A program made the position numbers and the translations under genes. From NCBI GenBank assembly GCA_037385685.1, contig JARRMW010000016.1, forward strand, positions 166 to 64,165: a stretch of 64,000 bases of DNA, read 5' to 3'. The notes under the pieces are model-generated. The model was given only the letters and a program-made list of their open reading frames with translations. It made no database searches and was not told where the DNA came from. Position 1 is the stretch's first letter. Each line of letters starts with the position of its first letter. Below are positions 39,582 through 50,518 of this stretch, in pieces. Origin of the DNA: Gammaproteobacteria bacterium. GTDB lineage: Bacteria > Pseudomonadota > Gammaproteobacteria > Chromatiales > Chromatiaceae.

Positions 39582-40640
39582 CTATTCCACTGGCAGGTAA
39601 ACCACAAAAACCGTTTTGCCCGGCTCGCTTTCGAACTCGATGAGGCCTCCGTGCCTCGCCACCAGAGACTGTGCGATGGACAAGCCAAGCCCGGCACCAT
39701 CGGCACTGCCGGAAACCATTGGCAGAAACAGCGTCTCTCGCAGTTCGGGCGGGATTCCCGGACCGTTATCCTCGATATCGATCTCGGCAACCAGCTTGTG
39801 AAGCTGGTTGCCGATCGTAAACTGGCGCAATATACGCGTCCTGAATGTCAGCTCACCATCCTCACCAAGTGCACGCGCAGCATTGGCGGCAATATTCAGA
39901 ATTGCCTGTATGAGCTGATCCGCATCTCCCACGACAGGCGGAATGCTGGGGTCATAGTCGAAGTTGAGCTTGAGGCTCTCGCCATACTCGACACGCAACA
40001 GCTGACGTACTCTTTCGAGCACTTCGTGAATGTTGAGTTCCTCGACCTTGGGAAGCTGGTTGGGACCAAGCAGGCGATTAACGAGATTACGCAGGCGATC
40101 GGCCTCTTTCATGATGACCCCGGTATACTCCTTGAGGTCATCCTCGTGCAGCTCCAGTTCGAGCAGCTGCGCGGCGCCACGAATGCCGCCGAGCGGATTC
40201 TTGATTTCATGCGCGAGTCCGCGCACCAGTTCCTGGGCGGCATGCTGCTGGCTGATGAGCTGCTCCTCGTGGGTAATGCGAATCTGTCTGTCTATCTGCT
40301 GCAGCTCGACGAGCAGCGCCCTCGGCTCATCCGGCTCCTCGAATGGCACAACTGTGCAGTCGACGGTCAGGCGCTGGCTCGGCGTGTGTATGCCGATCTC
40401 CCTGCCAGTGTAGGGATTACCGGTCTCGAGGACGTTATGTAACTGATGGATTGTTTCCTCACTTTCGCAACGCATGATCTCCTCGACATGCTTGCCAAGC
40501 ATTGCGCGTGCGCTCATGGCAAAGAGCATCTCGGCCGCATGATTGACGTAGAGAATCTGAAACTGCTCGTCGAACAGCAGCACAGAGGTATGCAGATTGT
40601 CGAGAATGAGCTGGTGTAGCCGATTCGAATGGCTGGTCAT
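39582..40640 (-). CDS. ntrB: Nitrogen regulation sensor histidine kinase NtrB
   Basis: 352 aa. PAS domain, H-box LAHEIKNPLGGIRGAAQLL and HATPase motifs. 2 nt upstream of ntrC. Confidence 0.9.
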   Translation of the reverse strand: MTSHSNRLHQLILDNLHTSVLLFDEQFQILYVNHAAEMLFAMSARAMLGKHVEEIMRCESEETIHQLHNVLETGNPYTGREIGIHTPSQRLTVDCTVVPFEEPDEPRALLVELQQIDRQIRITHEEQLISQQHAAQELVRGLAHEIKNPLGGIRGAAQLLELELHEDDLKEYTGVIMKEADRLRNLVNRLLGPNQLPKVEELNIHEVLERVRQLLRVEYGESLKLNFDYDPSIPPVVGDADQLIQAILNIAANAARALGEDGELTFRTRILRQFTIGNQLHKLVAEIDIEDNGPGIPPELRETLFLPMVSGSADGAGLGLSIAQSLVARHGGLIEFESEPGKTVFVVYLPVE

Positions 40641-40705
40641 GCGTCTTATTGAAGCAACAATCGTGCCATGATGACGCAGCCTGCTGACGGTCAGTCAGCC
40701 TTCCG

Positions 40706-41281
40706 TCATCTGGGACTGCGATTGAGGGCCGAGGCCCGGTGAAGATGAAAGGTCACGCCGTTGGACTCTCCGACAACAGTACCTTCACTATTCATGAGCT
40801 TGACCTGGATGGTGTGCGTGCCGCGATCAACATTTGAGAGGTAGACCTGCTGGCTGAAAAAGGGCTGAAACCAGGGCAATCCGTCGAGATACATCTGGTA
40901 GGAGAAATCCTCGTCCGGCATCGGGCTGGTCGTAAAGGCCACGGGAATAATTCCCTGGTTGTCACGCACGGTGGCATCCTGAAGCGGCGTTGTAATGCGG
41001 ATGCTGTAACTCGCCGGCTGTTGTGCGGAGCGATCTCCGAAAAGCTCGGGAAAGCTGTAGACCCCGGGCGTCCTTTCGGGTTCTGAAGTTGCTGGCTCCG
41101 GAGGTGCAGGCTTGTCAATGGCCGGGCTGCCGGTTTCAAAGCCGGGCAACCTCGTGGCATTGCTATCCTCGCGGGGTTGATCGCCATAATGCACCCGGCC
41201 CTCATCATCGACCCATTTATAGACGTCCGTCATGCCGATGAGCGGCCAGAGAGCAAGCAACAGAATGATGAATCTGTTCAT
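40706..41281 (-). CDS. DUF4124 domain-containing periplasmic protein
   Basis: Start MNRFIILLLALWPLIGMTDVYKWVDDEGRVHYGDQP (signal peptide plus DUF4124 signature). Confidence 0.7.
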   Translation of the reverse strand: MNRFIILLLALWPLIGMTDVYKWVDDEGRVHYGDQPREDSNATRLPGFETGSPAIDKPAPPEPATSEPERTPGVYSFPELFGDRSAQQPASYSIRITTPLQDATVRDNQGIIPVAFTTSPMPDEDFSYQMYLDGLPWFQPFFSQQVYLSNVDRGTHTIQVKLMNSEGTVVGESNGVTFHLHRASALNRSPR

Positions 41282-41306
41282 GTTTCTAAGAATAACCAAT
41301 TTCCAT

Positions 41307-41341
41307 AAAAAAAGCCCGCACCTGATTGGTGCGGGCTTTTT
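41307..41341 (-). terminator. Rho-independent terminator after glnA (bidirectional hairpin)
   Basis: AGCCCGCACC-tgatt-GGTGCGGGCT flanked by A- and T-runs, 25 nt after the glnA stop. Confidence 0.85.
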
Positions 41342-41365
41342 GCGGCGATATGCCTGCCACTTTCC

Positions 41366-42775
41366 TCAGAGGCTGTAGTACATATCGAACTCGACCGGGT
41401 GAGTCGTCATGCGCATACGCGTGACTTCGTCCATCTTCAGGTCAATGTAACCGTCGATCAGGTCGTTGGTGAAAACATCGCCCGCGGTCAGGAAGTCACG
41501 GTCTGCGTCCAGCGCTTCCAGCGCCATGTCGAGGCTGTGGCAAACAGTCGGGATGGCCAGGGCCTCCTCGGCCGGCAGGTCATAGAGGTCCTTGTCCATG
41601 GCATCGCCCGGGTGGATCTTGTTCTGGATACCGTCGAGGCCGGCCATCATCATGGCGGCGAAGGCCAGGTACGGGTTCGCAGTCGGATCGGGGAAGCGCA
41701 CCTCGATGCGGCGGCCTTTCGGGCTGGCAACCCACGGAATCCGGATGGATGCGGAACGGTTACGTGCCGAGTAGGCCAGCATGACCGGTGCCTCGAAGCC
41801 GGGAACAAGGCGCTTGTAGGAGTTGGTCGATGCGTTCGTGAAGGCGTTCAGCGCACGTGCGTGCTTGATGATACCGCCGATGTAGTAGAGCGCTGTCTCC
41901 GAGAGGCCGCCGTACTGGTCGCCGGCGAAGATGTTCTCGCCGTCTTTTGCCAGTGACTGGTGAACGTGCATGCCGGAACCGTTGTCACCGACGATGGGCT
42001 TGGGCATGAAGGTTACGGTCTTGCCGTAGGCGTGCGCAACGTTCCAGGTGACGTACTTCTGGATCTGGACCCAGTCGGCGCGCTCGACGAGCGTGCTGAA
42101 GCGCGTGCCAATCTCGCACTGGCCGGCAGTCGCAACCTCGTGGTGGTGCACCTCGACCGGTACGCCCATCTCATTCATGACATCGCACATGGCGGCACGG
42201 ATATCGTGCAGCGAATCAACCGGGGGAACCGGGAAGTAACCGCCCTTGACGGTGGGACGGTGGCCGATGTTGCCGTCCTCGTAGACTTTCTCGGAGTTCC
42301 AGTGCGCCTCGCTGGAATCGATCTTGACGGAACAGCCGCTCATGTCGGCGCTCCAGCGAACATCATCGAGAATAAAGAATTCCGGCTCGGGACCGAAGAA
42401 TGCCGTGTCGGCGATACCAGTGGATTGCAGGTAGGCCTCGGCGCGCTTGGCGACAGAACGCGGATCACGCTCGTAACCTTCCATGGTGGCTGGCTCGAGG
42501 ATGTCACAACGCAGGTTCAGGGTCGCATCATCGGTAAACGGGTCCATGACTGCGGTCGCGGGTTCCGGCATGAGGATCATGTCTGATTCGTTGATGCCTT
42601 TCCAGCCGGCAATCGAGGAACCATCGAACATCTTGCCTTCTTCAAAGAAGTCCTCGTTGATTTCGCTGATGGGCATGGAGACGTGCTGCTCTTTTCCGCG
42701 GGTATCGGTAAAACGCAGGTCAACCCACTTGACCTCGTTTTCCTTGATCATTTTCAAAACGTCTTTTCCAGACAT
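41366..42775 (-). CDS. glnA: Glutamine synthetase type I
   Basis: Start ATG 42775 ([24 protein letters not shown]) aligns with the E. coli GlnA N-terminus. The track start (GTG 42787) is 4 codons longer. Confidence 0.93.
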   Translation of the reverse strand: MSGKDVLKMIKENEVKWVDLRFTDTRGKEQHVSMPISEINEDFFEEGKMFDGSSIAGWKGINESDMILMPEPATAVMDPFTDDATLNLRCDILEPATMEGYERDPRSVAKRAEAYLQSTGIADTAFFGPEPEFFILDDVRWSADMSGCSVKIDSSEAHWNSEKVYEDGNIGHRPTVKGGYFPVPPVDSLHDIRAAMCDVMNEMGVPVEVHHHEVATAGQCEIGTRFSTLVERADWVQIQKYVTWNVAHAYGKTVTFMPKPIVGDNGSGMHVHQSLAKDGENIFAGDQYGGLSETALYYIGGIIKHARALNAFTNASTNSYKRLVPGFEAPVMLAYSARNRSASIRIPWVASPKGRRIEVRFPDPTANPYLAFAAMMMAGLDGIQNKIHPGDAMDKDLYDLPAEEALAIPTVCHSLDMALEALDADRDFLTAGDVFTNDLIDGYIDLKMDEVTRMRMTTHPVEFDMYYSL

Positions 42776-42868
42776 GGTCGTTATCACTCCAAATAGTTAC
42801 AGAATTCGCCGCTACGGGAAGCGGCATGGTTTGCATACAGGCCTGTCAAGGCACATGACTTTCCATTG

Positions 42869-42885
42869 TGCAGGAATCATGCCAA
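42869..42885 (-). promoter_or_regulatory. Sigma54 (-24/-12) promoter of glnA
   Basis: Minus strand reads TTGGCATGATTCCTGCA, i.e. GG and GC at the consensus TGGCAC-N5-TTGC spacing, about 85-95 nt upstream of the glnA start. Confidence 0.65.
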
Positions 42886-42924
42886 CGTTTCCATGGCGTT
42901 TTGGCGCACTCAAGGAGCGCTCGA

Positions 42925-42972
42925 TGCACCATGATAGATCAATGCACCTTTACAGTGCACCAGCATGGTGCT
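42925..42972. promoter_or_regulatory. NtrC enhancer sites upstream of glnA
   Basis: TGCACCAGCATGGTGCT (42956-42972) matches the TGCACCA-N3-TGGTGCA palindrome. A second TGCACC-containing half-site pair lies at 42925-42948. Confidence 0.6.
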
Positions 42973-42990
42973 CTTTCTGGTTCATCCGGA

Positions 42991-44163
42991 TCAGGCGATA
43001 AAAAAGATCCGCAGACTGCCAAATTCCTTCATGTCGGCGAGCGGTCCCGCCAGCTCTTCCCGGATTGATTGCGCCCCCCTGCCCTCCTCATCAAGACAGG
43101 TGAGCGGCAAGTAGAGATCCACATGGACGCGTCCCTGAATATAGTGCAACTGGACACGCTCCCACCTCCCCTTGCAGCCGGCCTCTTTCCAGGCACGCTC
43201 AAGCATATCAAGTGCCTGACTGCGGAGTGGCAGACCCTCGCACGGCGGCGCCTCCTCGTCATCCTCCGGGTCGATATGCACCGTGACATCGGTCACCTCA
43301 TCGAGACTCGATTTCGCGGCGTCCTCGACAGCGATCGCAATCATGTGCCCCTCACTGACGCTGAGCCAGGGGTCGACCTGGACATGCACGTCCACGAGCG
43401 CCTCGTGCCCGACCTTGCGCGAGCGCAGCAGGTGCAGGTGACGTACACCGTCGACGGCCAGGATCGCCTTGCGGATCTTTTCGACGCGCTCCTGTTCGAG
43501 CGCCCTGTCAGCCAGTTCATGCAAGCTCTCCCAGCCGAGGTCCCAGCCGATCTTCGCGACCATCAGAGCTACGCCGACCGCTGCGATCGCGTCCAGGTAA
43601 TCGAGCCCAAGCATGGTGCCGCCGACGCCGATCACAACGACAATGGAAGAGATCGCATCGCTCCGGCTGTGCCAGGCGTTGGCCTCGAGCATGGGTGAGC
43701 GCACGCGTTTCGCAACGCGCATGGTGTAGCGGTAGATCCACTCCTTCAGGACAACCGACAGGAGCGCAACGACGAGCGCCCAGATACCAGGTTCAAACAG
43801 GCGCTCTGGCTCGAAAAGGCGCGCGATTGCATCCCAGGCGATACCGATGGCAACGATGATCAGGGCCACGCCCAGGCCCGCTGTAGCGAGCGTCTCGATG
43901 CGGCCGTGCCCGTAGGGATGGTCCTCGTCAGCCTCGCGGCTGCCATGCTTGGCGGCATAGAGAACAACGAAATCGGTCGCAAGATCGGAGAGCGAGTGGA
44001 CACCGTCAGCGATGAGACTCTGGGAACTGGCGATCCAGCCGACGAAAATCTTGACAACGCCGAGCAGCAGGTCGATCGCGGAGCCGATCAGCGTCACCTT
44101 TTTCATCTCGCGATAACGCGCCTCGCCCTGCTCCTTTGGCGAAAGCCTGACGGTATCATGCAT
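42991..44163 (-). CDS. Cation diffusion facilitator (CDF) transporter with extended C-terminal cytoplasmic region
   Basis: 390 aa. SLIADGVHSLSDL and HPYGHGRIETLA CDF signatures, six TM segments and about 90 extra C-terminal residues. Confidence 0.8.
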   Translation of the reverse strand: MHDTVRLSPKEQGEARYREMKKVTLIGSAIDLLLGVVKIFVGWIASSQSLIADGVHSLSDLATDFVVLYAAKHGSREADEDHPYGHGRIETLATAGLGVALIIVAIGIAWDAIARLFEPERLFEPGIWALVVALLSVVLKEWIYRYTMRVAKRVRSPMLEANAWHSRSDAISSIVVVIGVGGTMLGLDYLDAIAAVGVALMVAKIGWDLGWESLHELADRALEQERVEKIRKAILAVDGVRHLHLLRSRKVGHEALVDVHVQVDPWLSVSEGHMIAIAVEDAAKSSLDEVTDVTVHIDPEDDEEAPPCEGLPLRSQALDMLERAWKEAGCKGRWERVQLHYIQGRVHVDLYLPLTCLDEEGRGAQSIREELAGPLADMKEFGSLRIFFIA

Positions 44164-44165
44164 TT

Positions 44166-44405
44166 CTACTGCTCTCCGACGCGCAGTGTAATGAAATACA
44201 GGTCATCTTCGCTGCGCATCTCGATGACCTCATGTCCGTTGATACGGCACCAGGCCGGAATATCGCTGAGCGCACCCGGATCGGTGCAGACAGCCTCAAG
44301 CTCGTCACCGGTCAGCATCTCCGCGACCCTGTCCTGCACGCGGATAACAGGCATCGGGCAAAGCAGGCGCTTGCAGTCGATGGTTTCGCGGCTCACAGGA
44401 CCCAC
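44166..44405 (-). CDS. tusA: TusA/SirA-family sulfur carrier protein
   Basis: 79 aa with the CKRLLCPMPVIRV active-site motif. Its start overlaps the upstream gene by 13 nt. Confidence 0.8.
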   Translation of the reverse strand: MGPVSRETIDCKRLLCPMPVIRVQDRVAEMLTGDELEAVCTDPGALSDIPAWCRINGHEVIEMRSEDDLYFITLRVGEQ

Positions 44406-45394
44406 TCCGCCGGAATCTCCTCAGGGGCAGCAGGCTTCACGCGCAACTCCCTCGCTTGCCCCCCGGCATCGGCATACTCGAGTGTGACCTCGTTTGCCGA
44501 TCTGCCCTGCGAATAGCGCGCGACGATGGCTGCTGCCTGCCTGATTTCCTCATCGGAGAGCTCACCATCAATCAACGCGAAGGGGCCACCATGGCTCGTG
44601 ACCTTCAGTGTCGGATATTGCCGCTTGTAGCCCTGCAGAAATTTACCCTCACCCTCCTCGCGGGCGAGGATAAGCTTGAAATGTCTCGCCGGGCGGATGT
44701 GTCGCCCGACCTTGAGAAGCATGATGTCATCCATCTCGTACTGCTTGCTTCCACGGCTTTCCCAAAGGTCGGCAAGCTTCACCGAGTACTGTGCATCGGT
44801 AAGAAAACAGCAACCGCCGGCAGGCGTCGCCCACTCCGTGAAACCGAAAGACCGGGCCAGTGCGATTTGCGGCTTGCGCGACCGGCCGGAAAAATCATGA
44901 AGTTGTTCGCGGTTCACCCATCCCTCACGCTCGGGCAGTGTCTCGGGAAGATTCCTGGCTGACAGGGGGCGCAACAACCGATCCTCGACACCCGACTCAT
45001 GCTGCACTACCGGCATGGTGTCCTTGCGCTGCGACATCGGTCGCTGACCAACCACCTCGCCAGTGATGATGAAATCGAATTCATGTGCCTTCATCCATTC
45101 ATGTGCCTTCCTGACCATGAAGATCTTGCAATCGAGACAGGGATTCAGGTTGGCGCCATAGCCATGCTTCGGGTTAATGACCACGTCCTTGTACTCCTCG
45201 ATGATATCGATGATATGCAACTTGATACCGAGCTGCTCGGCCGCCCAGAGTGCGTTGTTGCGCTTGGGCTTGTCACGGTCTTGCTTGCGGATGGCATGGG
45301 TATGACCCTCGACACAGAAACCGGTGAAGAAATTGATTCCCTCGACATGGATCCCCTGCTCCTGCATCACGCGAACTGTGCGTTGTATGCTCAT
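44393..45394 (-). CDS. ThiI/MnmA-like PP-loop-superfamily sulfurtransferase homolog lacking the N-terminal SGGxDS PP-loop (possible 5'-truncated gene)
   Basis: First plausible start is MSIQRTVRVMQEQGIHVEGINFFTGFC. Internal motifs NPCLDCKIFMVRKA and FIITGEVVGQRPMSQ. Only 34 nt separate it from the hisC stop. The in-frame upstream extension in the track overlaps hisC and has no PP-loop. Confidence 0.6.
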   Translation of the reverse strand: MSIQRTVRVMQEQGIHVEGINFFTGFCVEGHTHAIRKQDRDKPKRNNALWAAEQLGIKLHIIDIIEEYKDVVINPKHGYGANLNPCLDCKIFMVRKAHEWMKAHEFDFIITGEVVGQRPMSQRKDTMPVVQHESGVEDRLLRPLSARNLPETLPEREGWVNREQLHDFSGRSRKPQIALARSFGFTEWATPAGGCCFLTDAQYSVKLADLWESRGSKQYEMDDIMLLKVGRHIRPARHFKLILAREEGEGKFLQGYKRQYPTLKVTSHGGPFALIDGELSDEEIRQAAAIVARYSQGRSANEVTLEYADAGGQARELRVKPAAPEEIPAEWVL

Positions 45395-45428
45395 CGTAAT
45401 TCGATAGAGATGATTCGGCTGCTGTCCA

Positions 45429-46532
45429 TTATAGGGCGTCGCCGAGTGCCTTCTCAAAAGCGGCAAGCATTGTCTTGTTCTCCTCATCAGTGCCAACGGT
45501 GACTCGCAGGCAGTCGGCAAGCATCGGATGCCCGCCATCGAGATTCTTGATCAGCACGCCCTGTTGCCGAAGAGCGTCAAAAATCGTGGCTGCCTTGCCG
45601 GCAGCGGTTCTGAGCAGGATAAAGTTGGCATCGCTGGGATATGGCTCGATGCCGTGCATGGCAGAGAAGGCCTGCATGAGGTTGCTTCGCATTGAACGAA
45701 TGAGGCTGGTCTGGGCATCGAAAATGGCCTTGTGGCGCAACGCGAACTCCGCGCTGAGTTGTGTCAGGACATTGATATTGTAGGGCAGACGCGTCTTGTC
45801 GATCTGCTCGATCCATTCAGGCGGACCTGCCAGCAAACCGAGACGCAGGCCGGCGAGCCCCATCTTCGAAACCGTGCGCATCACAGCCATGTTCTCAAAC
45901 TCTCCGATACGTGACATAAAGCTGGCATCCGTAAAGGGCGCGTAGGCTTCGTCGATGATGACGAGGCCCGGCGTGGCACGGATGATTCGCTCGATCACCG
46001 CAGCATCGAACAGATTTCCTGTCGGGTTATTGGGATAGGCAAGAAACAGCAGGGCAGGCTCATGCTCTTGTATCGCGGCAATCAACGCTGCTTCGTCGAG
46101 GGAAAAATCTTCGGCCCCGAGCGGCACACCAACATACTGCAGGCCGGAGAAAGCCGCGATCATCCTGTACATGACGAAACTCGGCTCGACCGACAGCACG
46201 GTGCGACCCTCGCCACCAAGCGCCAGTGCGAGCATCTGGATAATTTCGTCAGAGCCGTTACCGAGCAACACACCGGCTCCTTCAGGAATCTGCATGCAGG
46301 CGCGCAGGCGTGCCGTGAGTTCCTGCGCCTGCGGATCGGGATAGCGGTTGACGTCGGTATCACGGATCAGCCGTGCCCAGTCGTCGCGAAGCTCGTCCGG
46401 CCAGGTAAAGGGATTTTCCATGGCATCCAGCTTGATGAGTCCGCTTGAATCCGCGACATGGTAAGCCCTGATGGCGCGTACCTCGGGGCGAATCCAGCGG
46501 TTAATCAGTTCTTCAATCATCTTCTCAGTCAC
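45429..46532 (-). CDS. hisC: Histidinol-phosphate aminotransferase
   Basis: 367 aa, class-II aminotransferase (YPNNPTGN, TVSKMGLAGLRLG). The track start is GTG 46532; the alternative ATG 46520 (MIEELINRW) is at least as likely. Confidence 0.9.
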   Translation of the reverse strand: MTEKMIEELINRWIRPEVRAIRAYHVADSSGLIKLDAMENPFTWPDELRDDWARLIRDTDVNRYPDPQAQELTARLRACMQIPEGAGVLLGNGSDEIIQMLALALGGEGRTVLSVEPSFVMYRMIAAFSGLQYVGVPLGAEDFSLDEAALIAAIQEHEPALLFLAYPNNPTGNLFDAAVIERIIRATPGLVIIDEAYAPFTDASFMSRIGEFENMAVMRTVSKMGLAGLRLGLLAGPPEWIEQIDKTRLPYNINVLTQLSAEFALRHKAIFDAQTSLIRSMRSNLMQAFSAMHGIEPYPSDANFILLRTAAGKAATIFDALRQQGVLIKNLDGGHPMLADCLRVTVGTDEENKTMLAAFEKALGDAL

Positions 46533-47131
46533 TGCGTGACAGCTTATAAAGTTGTGTCGCTACGCGACGATTTTATTTTGATGCGCGTGTCGGCGCGCAC
46601 CCGACCTACTTTTCTTCCGCGAAAAGTAGGCAAAAGCATTCGCTCCGATGCACAACCCTGCGGGTACCCTCGCGTACTCGGTCAAACAGGCGAGGCCGTA
46701 AACTCGTTGCACTCAAACATACGGCCTCTTGTTTCCTGTTTGCCCTGCGCCGTTCGGTTGTGCGTAAGTCGCAGTTGGCGCCCTTTTGGGTCTTTCCGCA
46801 GGAGACCGCACCGCGGGCGAATTCTTCGCCGTGTGGACTCGGCTCCTGCAGATAAGGTTGAACAGGGCGGGATTGTTCCCCTTCTAACGCGTCGAGCATC
46901 GCCGTCCCTGGCAGGGGAGAAGCGAGGCGTGTTTGAGCGCAGCGAGTTGGCGAGCGCCTGTCGGGGACAAGAGCGCAGAGTAGCCGCAGGCCGCGTTAGC
47001 AGGGTGCCTTTTTCTTTGCCTTCTTTCTTTTGGGCAAGCAAAAGAAAGAAGGGTGCCGCGGCGCACCCGCCGCTTTCAAAATAAAGCCCTGTCGCGTAGC
47101 GACACATAACCAAAGCCAGTCACGCAGTGAC
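46528..47131. mobile_element. ~600-bp non-autonomous palindromic (MITE-like) repeat element in the hisD-hisC spacer
   Basis: Inverted termini are GTCACTGCGTGAC...TGTGTCGCTACGCGAC...TTTATTTTGA (left) and TCAAAATAAA...GTCGCGTAGCGACACA...GTCACGCAGTGAC (right). The interior holds two oppositely oriented related ~200-bp units and perfect hairpins (CTACTTTTC/GAAAAGTAG; CCTTCTTTCTTTTG/CAAAAGAAAGAAGG). There is no credible ORF. Confidence 0.7.
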
Positions 47132-47139
47132 AAAAAAAC

Positions 47140-48453
47140 TCAATCCTTCAAACGGTACTCGGCCGAACGCGCGTGTGCCGTCAGACCCTCGCCATGTGCG
47201 AGCGTGGAGGCGATCCGGCCGAGTGTATCGGCACCGTCCTCCGAGACCATGATCAGGCTCGAGCGTTTCTGGAAGTCATAGACGCCGAGCGGTGACGAGA
47301 AGCGTGCAGTGCGCGAGGTCGGCAGCACGTGGTTCGGTCCGGCACAGTAATCTCCGAGGGATTCGCAGGTATGGCGCCCCATGAAGATCGCCCCGGCATG
47401 CCTGATCTGTTTCGCCATCACCTCCGGATCCTCGACCGACAACTCCAGGTGCTCCGGCGCGATGTAATTGGCGACATCAGCCGCCTCGTCGAGATCCTTC
47501 ACGTGTATCAGCGCACCGCGGTCTTTCAGCGCCGTTGCGATGATCTCCCTGCGCGGCATCTCTTCAAGCAGCTTATTGATACTCGCATGGACCTCATCAA
47601 GAAATCCGGCATCGGGTGAGAGCAGGATTGCCTGGGCATCCTCGTCGTGTTCTGCCTGGGAGAAGAGATCCATCGCAATCCAGTCGGGACTGGTCTTGCC
47701 GTCGCAGATCACGAGTATCTCGGAGGGACCTGCAACCATGTCGATCCCGACCTGGCCGAAGACCGCACGTTTGGCCGTGGCGACGTAGATGTTGCCTGGC
47801 CCGACGACCTTGTCCACGGGAGGGACGGACTCGGTGCCATAGGCCAGCGCCGCGACTGCCTGCGCACCACCGATGGCGAAGACGCGATCGACACCGGAGA
47901 CATGCGCTGCCGCCAGCACCAGTTCATTGACCTCGCCGTCCGGGGTCGGTACGACCATGATCAATTCAGGCACGCCGGCCACTTTCGCCGGAATGGCGTT
48001 CATCAGGACCGACGAGGGATAGGCCGCCTTGCCCCCGGGGACATAGAGGCCAACGCGGTCGAGCGGGGTGACCTGCTGGCCGAGCAGCGTATTGTCATCC
48101 TCGACATAGCTCCAGTCGGCCATTTTCTGGTGCTCCGCGTAAGCACGGATGCGGTGAGCTGCTTTTTGGAGCGCCTCGCGCTGCTCTTCCGGCAGCCTGT
48201 TCCACGCCTCTTCCAGCCGCCCGAGTGAAATCTCCAGGTCAGCCGCAGAAGCCGGTTCCCAGCGATCGAATCGATGCGTGAACGTCATAAGCGCATGATC
48301 ACCATCGTTGCGGATGGTCGTGATGATGTCATTCACGGTGTGATTGACATGATCATCGGAGACGGATTCCCACGCCAGCAGGGCTTCGAGCTGCTGCATG
48401 AAGTCGTCAGCGGATGATTCGAGGCGACGTATCTCAGCCATTGCGTTTTTCAA
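47140..48453 (-). CDS. hisD: Histidinol dehydrogenase
   Basis: 437 aa, collinear with HisD ([32 protein letters not shown]). Confidence 0.92.
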   Translation of the reverse strand: MKNAMAEIRRLESSADDFMQQLEALLAWESVSDDHVNHTVNDIITTIRNDGDHALMTFTHRFDRWEPASAADLEISLGRLEEAWNRLPEEQREALQKAAHRIRAYAEHQKMADWSYVEDDNTLLGQQVTPLDRVGLYVPGGKAAYPSSVLMNAIPAKVAGVPELIMVVPTPDGEVNELVLAAAHVSGVDRVFAIGGAQAVAALAYGTESVPPVDKVVGPGNIYVATAKRAVFGQVGIDMVAGPSEILVICDGKTSPDWIAMDLFSQAEHDEDAQAILLSPDAGFLDEVHASINKLLEEMPRREIIATALKDRGALIHVKDLDEAADVANYIAPEHLELSVEDPEVMAKQIRHAGAIFMGRHTCESLGDYCAGPNHVLPTSRTARFSSPLGVYDFQKRSSLIMVSEDGADTLGRIASTLAHGEGLTAHARSAEYRLKD

Positions 48454-49006
48454 CTGCCTCGCGCAGTTGCTCCATCAGTTCAACGATCCGGGCATGTTTC
48501 ATTTTCCAGGACTTGCCTGACTCGACAAGGTCGACGATGACGTCGGCAAGCCCGGCAATCGGCGCGAGTTCCATGGCGCCGTAGAGCTTGATGAGTTCGA
48601 CCTGCTGGCCACGTGCGGCAAAAAACTTCTCTGCACAGCGGACGTACTTGGTCGCGACGCGGACGCGTTCGCCGGTGTAATTGGCCCCCTCGAAACCGGC
48701 AATCATCATGCGGCATTTCGCGATGTGCAGGTCGAGTGGCTCGTAAAGATTGTTGCAGCCATGCTCCATGAGCACGTCCTTGCCAGTCACACCAAGATCG
48801 GCGGCGCCCCACTCGACATAGGTCGGAACATCGGTCGCACGGATCACCACCAGCTTGACGTCGGCATGATTGGTATCGAGGATCAACTTGCGGCTCGTAA
48901 CCGGGTCATCCTGCGGAATGATGCCGGCATGCTCGAGCATCGGCAGCGTGTCCTTGAAGATTCGGCCCTTGGAAAGTGCGATGGTGAGTGTGTCTGGGCT
49001 GCTCAT
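48434..49006 (-). CDS. hisG: ATP phosphoribosyltransferase, short (HisZ-dependent) form, apparently missing ~24 conserved residues near the C-terminus
   Basis: 190 aa. TIALSKGRI...[25 protein letters not shown]...[34 protein letters not shown]. The expected TL-x-ANGL...SRLVVNKAS segment between SGK and KMKHARI is absent. Confidence 0.8.
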   Translation of the reverse strand: MSSPDTLTIALSKGRIFKDTLPMLEHAGIIPQDDPVTSRKLILDTNHADVKLVVIRATDVPTYVEWGAADLGVTGKDVLMEHGCNNLYEPLDLHIAKCRMMIAGFEGANYTGERVRVATKYVRCAEKFFAARGQQVELIKLYGAMELAPIAGLADVIVDLVESGKSWKMKHARIVELMEQLREAVEKRNG

Positions 49007-49012
49007 TGGTCC

Positions 49013-50362
<1,350 letters not shown>

Positions 50363-50518
50363 TCATGCTTTTGGGAATTCATACAAGCGGCGACTGAAGG
50401 GTTTTACCACGAAGAAGACGAAGATCACGCAGACGAGCCTTGTGCCTGTTGAATGCCTGACCGGCCTGCCAGCGCGACTCAGATCATCGCGGCCCGGCCA
50501 GGGCCAACTGCGTGCTCT

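Noticed and set aside
46458-47113. ORFs inside the his-operon element (46458..47084 +, 46682..47113 -, 46606..46899 -)
   Set aside because: Low-complexity Arg/Ala/Pro/Lys translations running through inverted repeats and hairpins. Similar text arises from repeat DNA, and none has an RBS.
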